A DNA stretch of 59,647 bases, filler included, from Basidioascus undulatus (taxonomy: Eukaryota): assembly GCA_000826855.1 (NCBI GenBank). It is 5 parts of 5 records of this genome, joined end to end, with 100 filler letters (N's around TTAATTAATTAA, not from the genome) between each part and the next. Parts side by side here need not be neighbours in the genome. Positions count along the whole stretch, not along the records: positions 47,837 to 59,647 come from JTLS01000977.1; 4 more parts are not named here. One strand, 5' to 3'. Shown here in pieces: positions 48,369-59,647 of the stretch. The notes beneath the pieces were generated by a model, which was not told the DNA's origin, did no database searches, and worked only from the letters and a program-made list of their open reading frames with translations. How positions within the stretch are numbered: position 1 is the first letter of the stretch; every line of letters begins with the position of its first letter. Position numbers and translations under genes: made by a program.

Positions 48369-50356
48369 ATGTCCGAGGCCTCCACCGACACTTCGAGCCG
48401 CCTCAAGGGCTTCGCAGCGGGTACATCTTCGCTCAAGCAGCCCCAACCTTTCGATCGATCTACCCTCAACCCGCCTACTGACTGACCTTCGTCGCACCTT
48501 CTCGCCTCCTTGCCCGGCAGGTATCGCCTCTGGCTTGACTAAACTTGCTGTGGGCCAACCCTTTGACCTAGTTAAGCTAAGTTATTGTTTTTGTACTCCT
48601 AGGTTCCCGAAAAGCGCATCCCTTTCGAGGCTGATGAGCCAACTGTTGGGACGTACAGACCAGGCTGCAATGTGCCCCCAAAGGGACGTTTACCGGCCCC
48701 CTTGACGCCCTACGTCAAACGATTGGGAAGGAAGGTTTCCGCGCGCTTTATAAGGGCGCAACGCCTCCTGCTGTCGGATGGGGATGCAGCGACGCCGTGC
48801 TCAGTGCGTAGCGTCTTCTCGAATCCTTCAACCGACGCTGACTGACTTCCGAATGTCAATCATTGACAGTGGGTGCATTACACAAGTGCTTAACATTATG
48901 CTGAATGTTCCCACTCTTTGAGTGAGGCCTCGTACGCTGAGCATGGCCCGGCAACAGCTACCGCCTTTACCTAGTCCAGCACGGCAACTCTCTCGTCCGC
49001 GAGCCCCTGCCCTTCTCCGACGAGATCAGCAGCGGACCTGTTGGCCACCGACTGACTCTTTTCGGGCATGCTCTGGCAGGCGCGGGTGCGGGCTATACCA
49101 AGTCCGTCGCTCCCATCCCCCCTCCCTACGTCTGCGTATTCCACCAACCACTCACCAACCCGCCCCGCTCAACTCGCTCTCCCAGCGCGGCAGTGGCCCA
49201 CCCAATCGAAACTCTCAAGGCAAAACTCCAGCTTCAGCTCCAGCGGGACAAGTCCGCGCGCGAGTTCTCCGGGCCGATTGCTTGTGCCAAGGCGATCTAT
49301 AGGCAGAACGGAGTGCTGGGTGCGTTGCGCTTGCCCGTCCTCTATCCTCAGATTGTCTCCAGGTACTGAAGGTAGCTTGAGGGAATGCAGGGATCTACAA
49401 GGGCTTCGGAGCGTGCGTGGAGGCTCCCCATTCCAGCGAGGGAGACACTAACGAGCGCGTCTTCGTCGTTCCCAGTACTCTGCTCTTCCGATCAAGCTTC
49501 GCTGCGATGTTCTCCGGATACGAAGTACATATCCCTATTCCTTTCACGCTTCTTAACATCTTGCAGCCCTGCTTACACTGCTCTCCCTTTGCAGATTTTC
49601 ATGCGGTCCGTCTTCCTCGCCCCCTCCGCCCCATTCCCAGTGCCTCATCTTTCTCGAACTCAACAGATTATTCAAGCGCCTCGAAGGGACGCGGTACGAG
49701 ATTTCAACACGTACGTGTGCACACCTCAATGGCTCTCTGCTCCCCGCTTCGTACTGACGCTTAGAGCTCAACGCAGCAATGGCCAACTTCCTCGCCGGCG
49801 GGATGGGTGCCAACGCGTTCTGGGCGAGCGCCCTGCCAGCGGAGTAAGTTACTTCCTTTTTTGCCTTTCCTTGCCTCACCAATTTTTCTGACCTGCAATC
49901 ATTCGTCTTTCTGCACTGAAAAGTAACATCAAGAAGCACGCCCCTTCTCTCTGCCCTCTGCTCGCTCCTCCGAGGGCACGAAGCGCTAACGAACTCACTA
50001 CCACAGCCGGCTGATGACGGACTCGGTCACCGCCCCTCGATATCGGGGTGTCATCCACGCGGCGCGGACGGTGTACGCCGAGGGTGGTCTTCGCGGGTGC
50101 GTCCCTGGTCCCTTCTCCCACCCTCTTCCACGCACTCACGTGCCTCTCGCTTCTTCAATAGGTTCTATGCTGGTTCAGTTCCGGTGTGTTGATTCTTTAC
50201 TGATTAAACTGACAGATGGAAGCCAAGGATTGCTGAATGTCATTTTGGGATGGGCATGGGCAGGTCGCGCTCCGCGCGTTCCCTACGAACGCTGCGGCGC
50301 TGCTGGTGTGGGAGACGGTCATGCGCGGGTGGGGAACGGAGACGATCGCGCGATAG
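48369..50356 (+). CDS. Mitochondrial carrier (SLC25, YMC/carnitine-ornithine-carrier-like), many short exons; one suspect splice donor
   Basis: Three carrier repeats: GQPFDLVK/TRLQ..KEGFRALYKGATPP, HPIETLKAKLQ..GIYKG, and NFLAGG..ALPA..RLM..EGGLRG..LRAFPTNAAALLVWE. Ends TIAR*. Confidence 0.88.
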
Positions 50357-50963
50357 AGGGTGTCAGGGTGGGGTTCGAGTCGGGACTAGAGCTGGGAGGT
50401 GCGGATGGAGTGGGGTTTGAACTTCGGACAGCTGCTACTCTAGATGCTATTGTTTGCGTATTCCTGCGTCGGACTGTTGCGAGCGTGAGAGACGGGGCCA
50501 GCACCTCGGGATACTGCAGCAGCCAGGCCAGTTGAAGAGGGGAGAACGTGCTTAAGAGAGCGGTCTTGCTGGATTCAAAACGGGTTGAATGGTCATTATT
50601 GTTGCTCAAGTATGAAACCTACGCAGCGCACTGAATGGTCGACCAGTTCTGCCAAGTTGCCAACATGACGCTGTCGATATTCCGTCGCGGCAACTTTCGA
50701 GGAGAATCAATGTTGAAACGCCTTCGGTGGTGGGCATGTCATTGTGGGTGTTCAGTCGTGTATACCATTGGAAGCGCAAGAAGGTATGAAGTCTAATTAG
50801 GGGGAAGATACAGGTGCAGGGTTATGAGGTCTACCGCAAAGTGTGTGGTCTACCTTGTGCGGTGTGTCAAGGGGTTGTGATACGTGAGACTAGCTCCGTT
50901 TCCAGCTCAACTTTTGCTCATGGCGCTCGTAGAAGTCCCTAGAATTTTAATGTACCTTTGCCT

Positions 50964-53032
50964 TTAAGCCCACTCGCCGAGCATAGCCATCAACCCAGTG
51001 CCGGCGAAGAGGCACAGGACGCGGTAGGTGACCTTGAGGACCGACGCGCGAAGCATGTTGGACCCGAAGAACTCGCGAGCTGTGGATTTGGAGAGAGTCA
51101 GGGCCCGGCAATTGAGAAAATGGAGCTATGAAACGGAAGTGACTCACCGATGAGGTCGACAACGGACGTCCAAAGCAGAACACCGCTAGCGAGCGAGCCG
51201 ACCCCTGCAGGGGAAGAACGTCAGGAGGTTCTGAAAGGCATTGTCATGCGAGGGTGGACAGTTACACAGTCACCCACATCGGGGCACCCTGAAATTGAGA
51301 GTGATGTTTGTGTCAGTTCCTTTGCTCGTTCGAATGAGCTTGGACTTTCTCACCTGGTCCTCGGAGTAAGAGTACCTAATGCCGAGGCCAATAGCCTGTC
51401 CGATCTACGGGAAGACCGGTGTCAAGCCTGGGGCCACTTATCATATGGAGAAAGTGCCACGTACCGGGGTGATGATCGCGTAGGCGAAAGCCAACAGCCA
51501 AGGAATCCAGGAGCTCTTGGGGAAGGGGATGAGGGAGATGCGAGCGCCCAAGCCCTGTTCGCAACTTCGTGAGTTATTGAAGGGTAGTCAGTGGAGCGGT
51601 ATAGGCTTACCAGACCCTCGAACATCTGGTGGAAGACGATGACCTGTTCAATGTTTGGTGTTGGTCAGCGCGAAGTCGTGTCCGGATGCAAGCGACGTCG
51701 TCTTACAGCAAGAAAGGCCCCGAAGCCGCTGCCGTAAGTCGAAAGGGTGACTCCAACCATCACAGAATGGACTTTTCATATTACAAGTAAGTCAGCGCTG
51801 ACCCAGACTGTTCGTCGTCATTGAGCAGGGATACACACAAAGGATGCCTGGCGGTCAGTCTCGGTCAGCATGGGCCCTTGCCCATACCAACGGATATGGA
51901 ATGCGCACCGAAGTCAAGGAGGAAGACGTTCAGAATTGCACCTGATAAAGCGTGATTAGACAAAGTAGAGGGTCTGGAGGAGCTTGAGATATTTACCCCA
52001 GATGTCGGCCGCAGAGGTGCCCTCAGCGAGCTGCCTGAACGCCTCCGTCTCGGCCTCCCCGTTGGCGCCATGGCTGAGTTGGTGGTTACCATCGGCCTCC
52101 GAAGCGGTGTTGGCGGTGGCGGCCTTGCCGCCCTTCTCGACAAGTCCGCCTCCTTGGAAGCCGAATGCGTGTCAAGGTAGCGGATGGCGTAGCGCTGAGA
52201 CGCAAACTCGATGCAGAACATGACCAGCATCGCTAGCTGGAGATGGGTGGAGAGCGTAAGCAGCTCCGAGACGGACCTTTTCAAGGAACAAACTCACCAT
52301 GCAGAACTTGAAGCAGGACAGCATGTTATTCCTCTTGCTATTGACAAGCTTCAAAGTTTAAGCGTACCATCAGACCAAACGGATCTGTCCAGGAAGCAAG
52401 GCGATCAGTATAAGTGAAGAAAGGGTGATGTACAAGGAAACCTCACAGTCAGGCCAGCCAACGCAGTCGCTCTCGAAGGACTCAATGCCGTCGGTAAGGA
52501 GATGTATGAACCTTTCAGGGGGATGCACAATCAATTCAGACACGACACTACTGGGATATGCCAAGTCCGTCCGAACGTACGCTGTGGCAAAGATCATACC
52601 CGATCTGTTGGTCGTACATGGGTCAGAAATGGGAACACGTAACGGAAATGCTTGGCCTTGACATACCCGAAGTACTGGCAGAAGTCCCAGACAAACCACG
52701 GAGTCACATTCTTAATTGCAGAGGTGCGCCGAGTGATCTGAGTTGCGTTGACTCTGCAGGCGTCAGAAATCCATCCGGCTCAACTACCATCAGAGAAAGG
52801 ACGTGCCAAGGGCGCAAACGCGCCGAAGGACGATGTCGCAAGAATGATGAAGACAGCTCCACTGGATGCCCTCTTTTGCGTGAGCTTCCCTACAACCAAA
52901 GCCCTCAGGACCGATTTATGAAAGTTTCACTTGCATACGCAGCCCGAAGCTGGTCGAGTCGTACTCCGAGTCCGCAGAGCAGTCGCGCTTGGCCGGAGAA
53001 CCAGCCGAGTTACGAATGGAGTGACGCCACAT
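50964..53032 (-). pseudogene. ZIP-family zinc transporter (Zrt1/Zrt2-like), probably frameshifted
   Basis: Motifs DCSADSEYDSTSFGLR, GAVFIILATS, GMIFATAY/IHLLTDGIESFESDCVG, HSISVG, FHQMFEGL/GLGARIS, AYAIITP, LASGVLLWTSVVDLI/AREFF and GTGLMAMLGEWA*. Apparent 1-bp loss at ~52165. Confidence 0.75.
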
Positions 53033-53821
53033 TATGATCTGCGAGCGTTGGGGTAGCCGGGAATACTAAGAGAGGTTTTCGTTGTATCCCTTTTACCCTG
53101 AAGGGGTCTCTTGTACGATTAACAGAGAGAGGAGGGGCGATGAGAGCACAAAGCAAATCGAGAGCCTTGCAGACTTCGTCTTTATGCTCAGCGACGACTG
53201 CTCCCCCGCCGCTACCGCCCCTGGTCCTTTTTTTCCATCAGAGGAGTGTGAACGACCTATTTGAAGAATCAGGAACGCAGGCGCCACGAAAGGCCACGCG
53301 AACATGTCGGACGAGTCAGTGCCCCGCTGACTGCGAAGGTATCCATCCGCCTTCCAGTACATAATCCCGCTCGCCGTACGACGAGTCTGCCGAATGCATT
53401 TTTTCGTCGCGGCCTAAGTTGCCGATACCGCCCCTAAAATTTCACTTGGGATAATTCTTCATAGCGCGACAGTCGCCTGTGACTCCAACTTTGTGGGTGG
53501 GCTTGCTGACGCAGACAAGGGGTGCCAGATGGACCTTCTCAAATGGAGACTTGGACCTGAACTAGATGATTATGAGATCATGAAGCGGAACGACAGTCCG
53601 AGAAGTGCTGAACGGCATACATGGTTGCTGAAACGTGAATCTCAGTTGCAGTGCGTGGATGTCAGCCAGCTGCTCTATCGGCGGCCAGGCGATGGTAAAA
53701 CTGCATTGTAGTTCGCTCGCAAGTGTCTTGCAGATGCTAGTGGCTCAATATCCCAATCAATCCCGCACTGATATCATTGCTCGCTCAACAAAGCAAACGT
53801 CAAATTTCTTTTCGGAGATGA

Positions 53822-55344
53822 TTAAAGGTTGTACACCGCCCAGACCTTGTCGAGCGTCATGCCTTGCCGACAAAGCGGACATTCCGCCTACCCAACGTCC
53901 GACCCCAGCGTCAGCCTCGGCACACCATCTCGTAGTCAACGCTCTTCACAAAACGCACCTTTTCCTTTCCCCACTCCATCACACACTCCCAGCAGAACAG
54001 ATGTCCGCACTCTGTTGCCGCAGTCGCCCTCCGCCCCTCCAAGCAAAGCGTGCACTTCCTCAGCCCGCGCTCGTCCGCCTCGCGCACCTCCTCGGGCGGC
54101 AACGCGGCGTACGCGAGCGCCTGTTCCGAGCTCATGCCCGCGTCGCCCTCCTCCGCACCTGCGGCGTCGGAAGAGAGCGAAGTGGAAGGCGGAGAAGTGG
54201 GCAGCGTCGAGCCGTCGAGGGTGAGGACAGGCTTTGGACGCTCGGGCGGACGGAGGGAAGCGGGGAGCGACGGAAGGTAGGGCATGATGTGCGAGGAAAG
54301 CCGGATTATGAGCTGCAGAGCCATAAGAAGGCCGAGGATCTCGTAGGGTCGTGCGGGACGTCCGGGCGGTTGCGGAGCGGGAGGAAGCGTCGAGACCTGC
54401 ACGAAGTGATTCAGCATGATACTTTGCCGCGCTCCAGAGCATGGAGATCAACATACATATCTTATGCCGAGAAGCCGCTTGCGAATGGAATAGAATGATC
54501 CACCGAGGTAGAACGCGATCAGATGCGCGGTCCGAACGGTATCCCAGAGAAGGGGGCTCGCCAGCGGCTGGAGAAGTCTCGCTGCACGAGCCCGCAGAGA
54601 GGCTGGGTCTGATGCGGCTGGGGATGACCGCAGACCCTTGAGAAGCGCTCCGAGAAGTTCGGGGAGTGGTAGGGTGAGGATGAGGAGCGCGCGGGTCTGC
54701 GATTGAGTACAAGGGCGGCTGAGTCGACGAAGGCTGAGAGGACGGGGCAAAGGAAGCGAACCTTGTAGGAAGGCCACCGCCGGTGACGGACATCCCACTG
54801 CCTGACGTCCGTGTACTCTTCTCCGAGTGTTTGACGGCCGAGACCGGTCGTTAACCCGAAGTAAAGCAGGCGGAGGAGGAGGTTCAGCTGCGAAGCGCGC
54901 GTGTGCAGAGACCGCGTGCCTAAACCGTCGAAGTACCAGAGTGGATGGTTGGCAAATGAGTGGGATAAAAGGAGAGTGAACATGTCCAGATAATAGGACA
55001 CACCAAAGATGTTGCGCACGACAGGCTCGGCGAGTTCGCGCAACTGGGACAGGTAGAAGACGTCCTTCTGATGGGCACGGACTGACCCCCTCACGCAGGA
55101 TCAACACGTCGTTCCGGCACTGACAAATGCAGACAGAACAGATACACTCACTGATTCCTGGCTCTCCAGCCCACTCAAAACACGCCGCATCGGGATCGCC
55201 ATGTGCACCCAGTATCCGGGCTCGCGCTGCTGCTGTGCGTGGACCCGGTCCGGGGACGCCTAACGCGGGTTGTTCGAGCGTTGGGCGCAGGGCATCCAAG
55301 GACGGCGGTGGCGGAGGAGGAGATGAAGATGGTGGCGCGTCCAT
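53822..55344 (-). CDS. PEX10: Peroxin 10, RING E3 ligase, multi-exon
   Basis: Motifs [60 protein letters not shown] and [29 protein letters not shown]. Ends VYNL*. Confidence 0.95.
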
Positions 55345-56339
55345 GATGGCAATGAAGGTGCAGATACCGCAAGCTTAGCTGGAATGATGAGGAAGGAAGA
55401 GGCCCGGGACTCGGCTGTCGTGAACCGGGCCAATTGGTGTGCACAGACATCTTTACAGCCGAAATAACTCTTAATTGACGCTGCGACCGCTTTCTAAAAC
55501 ACCTTCACCTGCTTTACCTACATATACCTGGTTACTTTTGACCTGCAGTATGCGTTTTTCGGAAAGGTGTACATCTGAAAGCTCAAAGTTGGGGGGAGAA
55601 TTTGCGTTCCACAAAGTCAGCGGGTTTGGAACCACCACCGCCTCTTGAGCGGTCATGCTCCACCAACTTGGTCACTTTCGGAAGCCCTTTTGTTGCAGTG
55701 AGACGAGATACAGTGTAAGGTCTTCGACGAAATATCTCTTCCCCCTTGGGTGCTGAGAACAAGGGGGTGGGGGTCGTCTATCTGCAGAGCGAATAGTCTG
55801 CTGTTCAGCATCAGCCCCAGTCCATCGCCAGCAGTATGCGCCTTGTCCTCCGTGGCTGCCGAAAAGCGAGAAAATCAAAAAAGGGGGTAACCACATCCCA
55901 ATTTATCGATTGACATCTATTACATGCAACCTTGACGAAGGTGTCCGCCGGCGAGCGGCTGCGTCGTGTAAAGGTCGCACAGTGCCAGCTTCAGGCGTTT
56001 TCGCTGAAGTGCTTCGGGGGGATTGTAAAAAGCTTTGGGAGTTGATATGCTGTTCCCCGAAGTTTGGAGGGCACTCAAGAGATTTGAGAGTGGAACTTAC
56101 ATTGTCGATTGCCGGCGAGAGGATGCAGCCGCAATATATAGTTCGCTCGAGATCCTGTGGCACGAACCAAGGAATGGTCGTTAGCTTCACTGCACCCTCT
56201 GCGTTCCCACTTGAAGGTAGCGGGACGACGTTTTATTGAGACAAACAGAACCCACAGCCCTTCACAGCTTGCATCCGCCCCGCAACACCTGCTTGTCCTC
56301 TGCCCTCCATCACCACCCCGATTTCGCCAACGGTTGTTA

Positions 56340-57247
56340 CCATATTGCGACGGAGACTCATCAAACATATCGTTGAATGCCTCGCTGCCCATCTTGCATA
56401 TGAGCATCCGGGCGAGCCAAGGGCTGCCGAAGCGAAGACGCGCTCTGCTCTCGCCAATCTGTGCTGCGCTTCGAGGCTCACGAACACTCTGGCGCGACCG
56501 ATCCTTTGTTCATGCATGACTGTACATGCGGTATCGGGGAGAACACGAAGGTCCTAAAGGCCATTGTTAAACGAGGGGGCGCCAATCTGGATTTGGTCCG
56601 GTGCGTCCTTGTTGCAGCGTCAAGCTGGGAAGCCCACGTTGACGTGGTGGACTGGATTGTCGATCTCTGCTATCAGCTCCGCGCGGGTCTTCGCTGGCAG
56701 TCAGCTGAAGGTTGAGGTCGTATCGGGCTTTCAAACGTTCCTCGAGTCGGCCAAGAACATCAACACGCTCGCATGGGAGTCAGCACCTGCTAAGAAGAGC
56801 CGTCACCGCCTAGACTTCAAGTTCGCTCGCGCCCGTCACACACTCGGTTGTGACCGACATCCATCATTTCAAAGAGTTTACATATCTATCTCCCTATCCC
56901 CAAGCCATTCGAACCCTGGATTTGTCGCAAGCCGAGCTCTGTTTGACACATTGGGGAAGTAGTCCCACAGTAGCCGTTGGATGGAAGCCACTGTATTTAA
57001 CGAGGTTCTGCAATAAATGAACGACTTCGAGGCTATGTACGGCCCCCGCGCTCCGTACGCTGAGGCGCGCCGTCAACTGGCAGTTGGGCAACGCGCATTG
57101 GAAGCCGTTGACGAAGCGCTCGAAGAGGTCGCGAAGGAGATCGAGGACGAGGGAGAGGTTCGGGTGAAATCTCTTGCCGTCACCTTTGCGAAGACCCTGC
57201 ATTACCTCAACAGTGTTACGCTGCCACTCTCGGGGACTCAAGACTAG
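56340..57247 (+). pseudogene. F-box-like/hypothetical decayed gene; ends approximate
   Basis: LIKHIVECLA...LANLCCASRLTNTLARPIL resembles a fungal F-box. The continuation is split across several frames. Confidence 0.35.
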
Positions 57248-58262
57248 TATCGCGATCTCGAGGCGGTGGTGTACGTTCCGGCTTGTCCGTTCGAATGGGG
57301 GGGGGGCCGTTGATGCTTCCATGGTTCAGACGTGGGATGCTTGAGATGTAGCCAGGTTTCTATTATGCACGTGATAGGGTTGTAAGGACCATGTGGAAGC
57401 AACTTCTCTGGAAGCTCGACACATTGCGGACAAAAGCGCTTTCGAGCGGTTGCAGATATTCATTTGTAACTGACACCATTGCAAGTGGTGCAGGCTCCCT
57501 TACGGTTCCTCCCATGTAAAAATTTCATCAACATTCCGAAATTCCTACAGTGGGGGGATACTGCGAGGTGTTCTGGCAGGGCATATGCAACTAATTCTGT
57601 GGGGAGACGTTGGACAGGTGGAGTTGGGTGTAGAACTTCCTGGGGAAAGGCCGACGAAAAGCGGGCTGTCGCCAAATCACAGCCGTACCCATGATAAGGA
57701 CTGCTTGCTCGATCTTCGGAGGACAGCTTGAATAGACAGAAGTTTGCAGCGCACACACCTCTAAGCAAGTATGCAGACAGATGGGCACGAAAATTAAAAC
57801 CGTAGCGGGCAATGGGCCGAGCGAAAACATACTCGAGGCGTAGTTATCCGGAAGACTTGCGGCTCTATGATGAGCTCTCGGAAATGGGGGTGCCGCCGGT
57901 ATTTAACACGCACGGGGTCCCATGTGGCACCATGTGGACACCAACCGCCGGCAACTTTGCTCGACATGTGCAACGCAATTTGGCATCACAGAGTTCAACT
58001 TCACGCTGGTTCTGGAGCGGGGCTCCAGCAAAACATGAAGGCGGGGCAACAAGGGAGACGTAAAAGCAGGTGCATGAGCGCCGTATGCCCCACCCTGTTC
58101 TCCGCACTTGCTGGCTCGCTCGACCCACGCTCGACCAACTCACTTCACTGCTAAGAGTCGCCCACTTCCCGCAAGAGCAAACACCCAACCCAGCAAAGTG
58201 CGCATTACCGAAACTCTGTGTACGACTTGAAAAGCCTGAGCAGTCTTGCCTCCGATCCAGTC

Positions 58263-59647
58263 ATGACCGATCTTAGGGGCGTCCTCCCGAGGAGAAAGAC
58301 GTTGTCGTCGGGGCCCGCCAGCCACTTCGATAAGGAGCAGGCTATTCAGCTTCACGAGCACACGAAGACGGACGCCCTCGAGGAGACACTCGGCAGCTCA
58401 GATTACTCGGAGTGGCTCGATCTTCAAGAAGCTTTCGACGCTGCCCGCGTAGAAGTTCATACGCAAAGTTGATCTCGGTAGTAGACTTTCGTGCTCTGCA
58501 GCGAGCGCCCCTCACTTACACAAGCCTTCTTACAGATCTTGTGCCCATTTTCTCGACATATTATCTTCTAGCGTTCATCATTCGAGGAAAGCGTGAGTAA
58601 TCATTTCGCTTTCGCTCTGGACCGCCGCCGTTCTGATTGACTGTGCGCCGTGCTTGCAGTGGCAATGCCAAGGTGGCGGGCATGCTCGACGACACAGGCA
58701 ATATGAATGGGCCCTCACCGTTTTTTTCTTCACATACAGATTTCCACCTCTCTTCACCTTCTTATAAAATCCTATACTGACGTCCCACTGACGGTCCTAC
58801 AGATACGCGTAAGTACCCGAAACTGGGTGAGGAAAGATGGATTCGGTAAGGAGTATCTGCGCCCTCAGTCGACAGCTTCTTCGAAGTGCCTACCAACGCG
58901 ATGCTCCGTATCGTCGGTCCGCGATGGTGGATCACCATCCTCGTCGTCACCTTCTCGATCATCGCCACTCTCATGGGACTTATTCAGAACGCGGCCGGTC
59001 TGCAAGCTGCGCGCTTTTTTCTCGGGGCTGCCCAAGCAGGTGTAAGTATCATCAACGGTGGACGATGGGTCGGAAACACTCTGCGCTTTCGGCTGACCAT
59101 ATCTACGCGCGTTCGCCTTCAGGTCTTCCCCGCCGTGACCGTCCTTCTCTCAGTGGTACGTCCGCAACGCGTCGACTCGGCGGATGTCGTACTTCTACGC
59201 GGCGGCTTCTACGGCGGGTGCATTTGCCGGTCTCCTCAGTCTCTCCAAGATGGACGGTGTCGGGGGCTTGGCGGGGTGAGTGGGGTTGTCTTACGCTTGA
59301 TTTCCGTTGCGGCAATTACTTACCTGGTTTGATTTCCTTGGTAGATGGCGGTGGATCTTATCATTGTGTCTCGGCGCGTCCGTTTGAAGACGCTGACCGC
59401 AGGATTGAAAAGGTTTGATTGTGTTCGTCTTCGGCTGCATCGGGCCATTCGGTGAGTACAAATTATTGGTCCGACGTGACGTACCTTTGTGTTTAACCGC
59501 ATCTCCTTCAGTTATCGCCAACGAGCCCGGCCAGTGCCGATGGCTCACGGCTAAGGAGCGAGCGACCTCGTCCTCCGCCAAAAGTGCGTGATAGCTTTCC
59601 ATCACATCCTACGATCCCGAAATCGCCGCATGTACTCACAAACAGCC
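58263..59647 (+). pseudogene. MFS transporter of the allantoate/nicotinate (Dal5/Tna1) family, probably decayed, 3' truncated
   Basis: Motifs GNAKVAGM, FEVPTNAMLRIVGPRWWI, AARFFLGAAQAG, RMSYFYAAASTAGAFAGLL, MDGVGGLAG/WRWI and CRWLTAKER. Frame breaks near 58470 and ~59150. Confidence 0.7.

Overview
This is eukaryotic, intron-rich fungal DNA, most likely from a basidiomycete. The GT(G/A)(A/C)GT donors, CTRAC branch points and many short exons suggest a Pucciniomycotina-like yeast (inference). The window is not one locus. It is five contigs of descending length (11870, 11865, 11864, 11837 and 11811 bp) joined by artificial 100-bp N44-TTAATTAATTAA-N44 linkers. Contig 1 carries xanthine dehydrogenase and its maturation enzyme, Moco sulfurase, in divergent orientation with a decayed PDR ABC transporter between them. 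Contig 2 carries FPP synthase (ERG20), an F-box-like relic, a hairpin-rich ~122-bp tandem duplication, a KGD2 lipoyl N-terminus abutting RCC1 repeats, and a BCAS3-like WD40 gene. Contig 3 carries the glucosidase II beta subunit, a DUF6534-type membrane protein and an SLC46-like MFS transporter. Contig 4 carries an intronless, bacterial-looking 3-TM pseudogene, ERV1, PRO2, a NASP/Sim3 chaperone and a subtilisin pseudogene. Contig 5 carries a mitochondrial carrier, a ZIP zinc transporter (frameshifted), PEX10 and an allantoate-family MFS relic. The main points of interest are the XDH-Moco sulfurase linkage, selective decay of transporter/secreted/accessory genes beside intact housekeeping genes, a candidate horizontally acquired relic, and a KGD2-RCC1 chimera that may be an assembly artefact. 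Gene spans include introns, exon boundaries were read by eye, and no database searches were run.
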